Under the pieces are notes generated by a model that was not told where the DNA came from, made no database searches, and was given only the letters and a program-made list of their open reading frames with translations. Made by a program: the position numbers and the translations under genes. DNA of 64,000 bases from Candidatus Omnitrophota bacterium (GTDB lineage: Bacteria; Omnitrophota; Gorgyraeia; Duberdicusellales; 4484-171): the NCBI GenBank assembly GCA_024231025.1, contig JAAEQW010000120.1:66324-130323 (forward strand). Reading direction: 5' to 3'. Shown piece by piece: positions 60,281-64,000 of this stretch (its first letter is position 1; every line of letters starts with the position of its first letter).

Positions 60281-61664
60281 AAATCATCTTAGTTCCAAGA
60301 GCAACTAATGACTTCGCTTCTTTTTGGCTTTTGCTCTCAGCGTAAACCCGCACAATCGGCTCAGTTCCTGATTTTCTAAACATCAGCCAAGTATCTTTAG
60401 TGATCAATTTAATTCCATCTAATTTATTTACTCTTTCAACTTTTTTACCCATTAAAATTTTGGGAAGTTTTAGGTCGTTCAAGCTCTTTCGTACACTTTT
60501 CACAGGGATAGCGCTTCGCCAATAATGCCAATGGCCATATTTTTGATAAAAATTATTTAATAAGATAGCAAATTTTTTCTTCTCCATGATTAGCATTTCA
60601 AGAACAAGCAAAAATGAAATTGACCCATCTCTTTCAGGAATATAGCCTTTAAATCCAATGCCACCGGCCTCTTCCCCACCAACACAAATTAAATTTTGCT
60701 TAAAAAGATTTGATAGATATTTAAAACCAACTGGTGTTTCATAGCACGCAACGCCTAAATCTAACGCTACCTTATCGATTACATTACTGCCAACAACTGT
60801 TTTGCCAACACCACCTTTTTCCTTGCGATTTTTAACCATATGCAGTGCAAGCAATGGCACAATCACCTGGGCATTAATAAAATTACCCTTTCCATCCACT
60901 AATGCAATTCTATCGGCATCACCATCTAGGGCAACACCAAAATCATATTTACCTTTTTTAACGCTTTTAATCAACTTTTGTAAATTGCTTGCAACCGGCT
61001 CAGGATGAATACCCCCGAATGAAGGATTAATTTCGTTATTTAAATAATCAAACTTAATTTTACTTTTGCCAATAATTTGCTCAACAAAATTATCACCCAC
61101 GCCATACATATTGTCGACTAGTACTTTTAATTTCAATTTTTTTATCGCCTTAACATCAACAAATCCTTTCAAAAATTTAACATATATTTCGGTAAGATCG
61201 GCTAATACCAATAACCCCTTCTTTTTAGCTTCGTCTTGCTCGATTTTTCGCACTTTACTCTTGTGTAAAAGCTTTTCAACTGCATCAGTTACATCCTTAT
61301 CTGCGGCTCCGCCATCGGAAGTTTTTATTTTTAATCCATTAAAAGCCGCCGGATTATGTGAAGCAGTAATCATAACCCCAAGATCATATTTTTTGTAACG
61401 AGCATGAAAGCTTACTGCCGGAGTTGGAATATCGCGATTAGATAAAACTACTTTTATTTTGTTTGCGGCCAACACCCTCGATACAGTCATCGCAAACTCT
61501 TTTGAAAGAAAACGACGATCATATCCGATTACAACTTTTTTATTTTTTTTCTTAACCGTCTTTTTTAAATAATCGGCAATAGCTTGTGAAAGAATTTCTA
61601 AATTTTCGAAAGTGTAATCTTTTGCTATAATTGCTCGCCATCCGTCTGTTCCAAACTTAATCAT
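60270..61664 (-). CDS. phosphoglucomutase/phosphomannomutase family (alpha-D-phosphohexomutase)
   Basis: Active-site serine loop ITASHNP, metal-binding DGDADR, sugar-binding GEE(A)GG. 464 aa. Confidence 0.8.
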   Translation of the reverse strand: MIKFGTDGWRAIIAKDYTFENLEILSQAIADYLKKTVKKKNKKVVIGYDRRFLSKEFAMTVSRVLAANKIKVVLSNRDIPTPAVSFHARYKKYDLGVMITASHNPAAFNGLKIKTSDGGAADKDVTDAVEKLLHKSKVRKIEQDEAKKKGLLVLADLTEIYVKFLKGFVDVKAIKKLKLKVLVDNMYGVGDNFVEQIIGKSKIKFDYLNNEINPSFGGIHPEPVASNLQKLIKSVKKGKYDFGVALDGDADRIALVDGKGNFINAQVIVPLLALHMVKNRKEKGGVGKTVVGSNVIDKVALDLGVACYETPVGFKYLSNLFKQNLICVGGEEAGGIGFKGYIPERDGSISFLLVLEMLIMEKKKFAILLNNFYQKYGHWHYWRSAIPVKSVRKSLNDLKLPKILMGKKVERVNKLDGIKLITKDTWLMFRKSGTEPIVRVYAESKSQKEAKSLVALGTKMIYAL

Positions 61665-61677
61665 CGTAGCTCCTTTT

Positions 61678-62238
61678 TTAAGTGTAGAAATTATGCCTCT
61701 TTATATATTGCTCGACTTCTTCGCACACCAGATATCTTATTGAATCTCCATTAGCAACCATATTTCTTATTTTAGAAGATGAAACATCAATTTGAACAAT
61801 ATCAGCAACAATAAATTTTTCATCTTCGACCAATGGATTTGGCCGCCTAATCGCAACTATGATTTTGATTTCTTCTTTTAATTCTTTATAATATTTCCAA
61901 GTCGAAAACTGATTTGCTAAATCAGAACCAACAATAAGAAAAAAATCATCATCCGGATAATCATTTCGCAATTCTCTTACTGTGTCTACCGTATAGGAAA
62001 CTCCTCCTCGATTTATTTCCAAATCCTTGACTTCAAAACAAACGTCTTTTTGCAATGCCACATTGAGCATTGCTAAGCGATGATCGGCACTAACCCCGGC
62101 ATTATCTTTGTGCGGAGGAATATTGGTTGGAATAAAAAATATCTTATCCAATCCAAATTTTTGACGGACTTCTTCGGCGATAATAAAATGACCGATATGT
62201 GGTGGATTAAAAGTTCCGCCGAGTATTCCAATTTTCAC
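61678..62238 (-). CDS. nadD: nicotinate-nucleotide adenylyltransferase
   Basis: GGTFNPPHIGH (H/TxGH nucleotidyltransferase motif), SSTxIR-like C-terminal motif (SSSKIRN). Confidence 0.85.
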   Translation of the reverse strand: MKIGILGGTFNPPHIGHFIIAEEVRQKFGLDKIFFIPTNIPPHKDNAGVSADHRLAMLNVALQKDVCFEVKDLEINRGGVSYTVDTVRELRNDYPDDDFFLIVGSDLANQFSTWKYYKELKEEIKIIVAIRRPNPLVEDEKFIVADIVQIDVSSSKIRNMVANGDSIRYLVCEEVEQYIKRHNFYT

Positions 62239-62281
62239 CAGCTACAATCTCCCTTGCCACGTTTGCGCCTACATCACGTGG

Positions 62282-63529
62282 TTATTCTCTAATTTGCCCA
62301 GCTCCGGTTACAACATATTTATAGGTCGTTAAGTCTTCTACTCCCATTGGGCCACGAGCATGCAATTTATCAGTTGAAATTCCAATCTCAGCACCTAAGC
62401 CAAATTGATGCCCATCACTAAAACGCGTCGATATATTTACAAAACAACAGGCAGAGTCAACTTCTCTGGCAAACTTAGCGGCCATTGCTTTATTTTTTGT
62501 AATAATTGTTTCGGTATGATGCGAGCCATAATTGTTAATATGCTCGATTGCCTGATTAATGTCTTCAACAATTTTTACTGAAACAATAAGAGCAAGATAT
62601 TCGGTGCTCCAATCTTTCTGGGTTGCCTTTTTAATTCCTTTTAAAATCTTTGCAGTCTTAGCGCAACCCCTTATTTCAACTCCTAAAGAATCGAATTCTT
62701 TCTTTAGCCTAGGTAAAAATTTCTTTGCTTGAACTTGATGCACCAAAATTGTCTCGACCGCATTGCACACTGAAGGGCGCTGGCACTTTCCATTAACGCA
62801 AATTCTCATCGCCTGACGTTTGCATCCGGTTGCATCAACATAAACATGACAAATTCCCTTGTAGTGCTTGATCACAGGAATAGTAGATTCTTTAACCACT
62901 TTCTGTATTAAAGCTTCTCCACCGCGGGGGATAACCATATCGATATTTTCATTTTCTTTTAATAAGGCGTCAACTATTTTGTGGTCAGTTTTTTCGACTA
63001 TAAAAAAAGGATCAAAATTAATACCGCAATCATAAACTACTTTTTTCAATATCTTTGCTATCGCAAGATTTGAACGAAGCGAAGCCTTACCGCCTCGTAA
63101 AATACCAACATTAGATGATTTAAAAAGCAGGCCAACGCAATCGCTGGTAACATTAGGTCTGGCCTCATAAACGATCATTACAACGCCAATTGATGCTCTC
63201 ACTTTTGAAATTGAAAGCCCATTAGGACGCTTCCATTTTTTTATTAAACTACCTACTGGATCAGCGAAATTGGCAATCTCGCTTAAAGATGCGCTCATCT
63301 CTTTTAAACGTTTTTCATTTAAAGTAAGGCGGTCAATAAAACTCTTTGCAACATTAGCTTTGCTTGCATTCGCAACGTCTTTTTTGTTCTCAGATAAAAT
63401 AAACTTCTTATTATCTAGAATAGCCTTGGCCATTTTAGACAACACGCGCGTCTTAGTTTTTGAATCCAGTAAACTCAACTTATAGCTGGCACGTCTTGCT
63501 TTTTTCGTTAAATCTTTTACATACTTCAT
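62282..63529 (-). CDS. proA: gamma-glutamyl phosphate reductase
   Basis: Aldehyde dehydrogenase fold with catalytic Cys region and typical ProA length (415 aa). 4-bp overlap with proB upstream. Confidence 0.85.
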   Translation of the reverse strand: MKYVKDLTKKARRASYKLSLLDSKTKTRVLSKMAKAILDNKKFILSENKKDVANASKANVAKSFIDRLTLNEKRLKEMSASLSEIANFADPVGSLIKKWKRPNGLSISKVRASIGVVMIVYEARPNVTSDCVGLLFKSSNVGILRGGKASLRSNLAIAKILKKVVYDCGINFDPFFIVEKTDHKIVDALLKENENIDMVIPRGGEALIQKVVKESTIPVIKHYKGICHVYVDATGCKRQAMRICVNGKCQRPSVCNAVETILVHQVQAKKFLPRLKKEFDSLGVEIRGCAKTAKILKGIKKATQKDWSTEYLALIVSVKIVEDINQAIEHINNYGSHHTETIITKNKAMAAKFAREVDSACCFVNISTRFSDGHQFGLGAEIGISTDKLHARGPMGVEDLTTYKYVVTGAGQIRE

Positions 63530-64000
63530 TTCGCACCTTTTTTAGAATATCGATAAGGCGTATAACACAAACCTTGAGCAGACTTTATGAAATTATTTCT
63601 ATGCACTACTTCCTTTTCCAATCTTTTTTTAGGCTTTATATCTTTCGAATCATAGTTAACCAACCCACACCCTAATACTTGCCCGCTGCAAGATACGATT
63701 GCTACTGCGTCACCGCGCTTAAAATCAACGCTAACCTTAACTATTCCTACTCCTAATAAACTTTTACCTTTGTTGAGCAGAGCTTCTTTTGCTCCGTCAT
63801 CAATGGTAATCGTCCCCTTGATTTGCTTACTAAAAATCCACCGTTTACGCGCTTTTGCTTTTTCCTTTGAGCAAGCAAAAAGAGTGCCAACATCTTCCCC
63901 TTTTATTATCTTTGTCAAAACATTCTTCGCTCTACCGTTAACAATGCGCGTCTTTATCCCCGAATGACAAGCACTGGTTGCCGCTTCAAGCTTGGTTTCC
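63526..64000 (-). CDS. proB: glutamate 5-kinase, C-terminal part (PUA domain); gene continues beyond the window end
   Basis: AKARKRWIF...GTITIDDGAKEALLNKGKSLLGVGIVKVSVDFKRGDAV matches the ProB C-terminal PUA domain. The reading frame stays open upstream of the ORF-track TTG start at 63918 (...SACHSGIKTRIVNGRAKNV...). Confidence 0.8.
   Translation of the reverse strand, partial: ETKLEAATSACHSGIKTRIVNGRAKNVLTKIIKGEDVGTLFACSKEKAKARKRWIFSKQIKGTITIDDGAKEALLNKGKSLLGVGIVKVSVDFKRGDAVAIVSCSGQVLGCGLVNYDSKDIKPKKRLEKEVVHRNNFIKSAQGLCYTPYRYSKKGAK

Overview
Low-GC (~35-38%) bacterial chromosomal segment, most likely from a diderm organism (LptD present). Essentially every gene lies on the minus strand, packed tightly with frequent 1-14 bp start/stop overlaps suggesting translational coupling. 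Reading the minus strand 5'->3' (coordinates 64000 down to 1): proB(partial)-proA-nadD-phosphomannomutase-plsC | rpsA | tyrS | gap-pgk-tpiA-secG-oligopeptide SBP-small lipoprotein-SPFH-TPR | polA-glgA-coaE-rho-rpmE-prfA-prmC-murA | a four-helix-bundle gene inside a TIR-bounded element | trpGDCFBA (no trpE adjacent) | M16 peptidase-rsfS | a tiny lysine-rich repeat protein | ribE-ROK kinase-lptD | then a ~27 kb surface-polysaccharide / nonulosonic-acid locus (about 21200 down to 1) with ugd, an LhgO-like FAD oxidase, a WecC-like dehydrogenase, UDP-glucuronate decarboxylase, a DegT aminotransferase, a MarR-EPS regulator, Wzz-like protein, lipoprotein, PseB, PseC, a B12-radical-SAM enzyme, Gfo/Idh/MocA oxidoreductase, cytidylyltransferase, class-III aminotransferase, PseG, ATP-grasp, SDR epimerase, metallophosphoesterase, PIG-L deacetylase, formyltransferase, NeuB/PseI synthase, GNAT, two methyltransferases, a 677-aa putative transferase and a Wzx flippase. 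Non-coding content: a dispersed family of TIR/MITE-like intergenic elements (three copies, one carrying the four-helix-bundle 'IVS protein' gene), a second 'ttggttatt' palindromic repeat family, a duplicated 44-bp hairpin element in a heavily structured intergenic region beside the lysine-rich gene, one clean intrinsic terminator and several sigma70-like promoters. No rRNA, tRNA or CRISPR array seen. All plus-strand ORFs in the six-frame track look like antisense artefacts.
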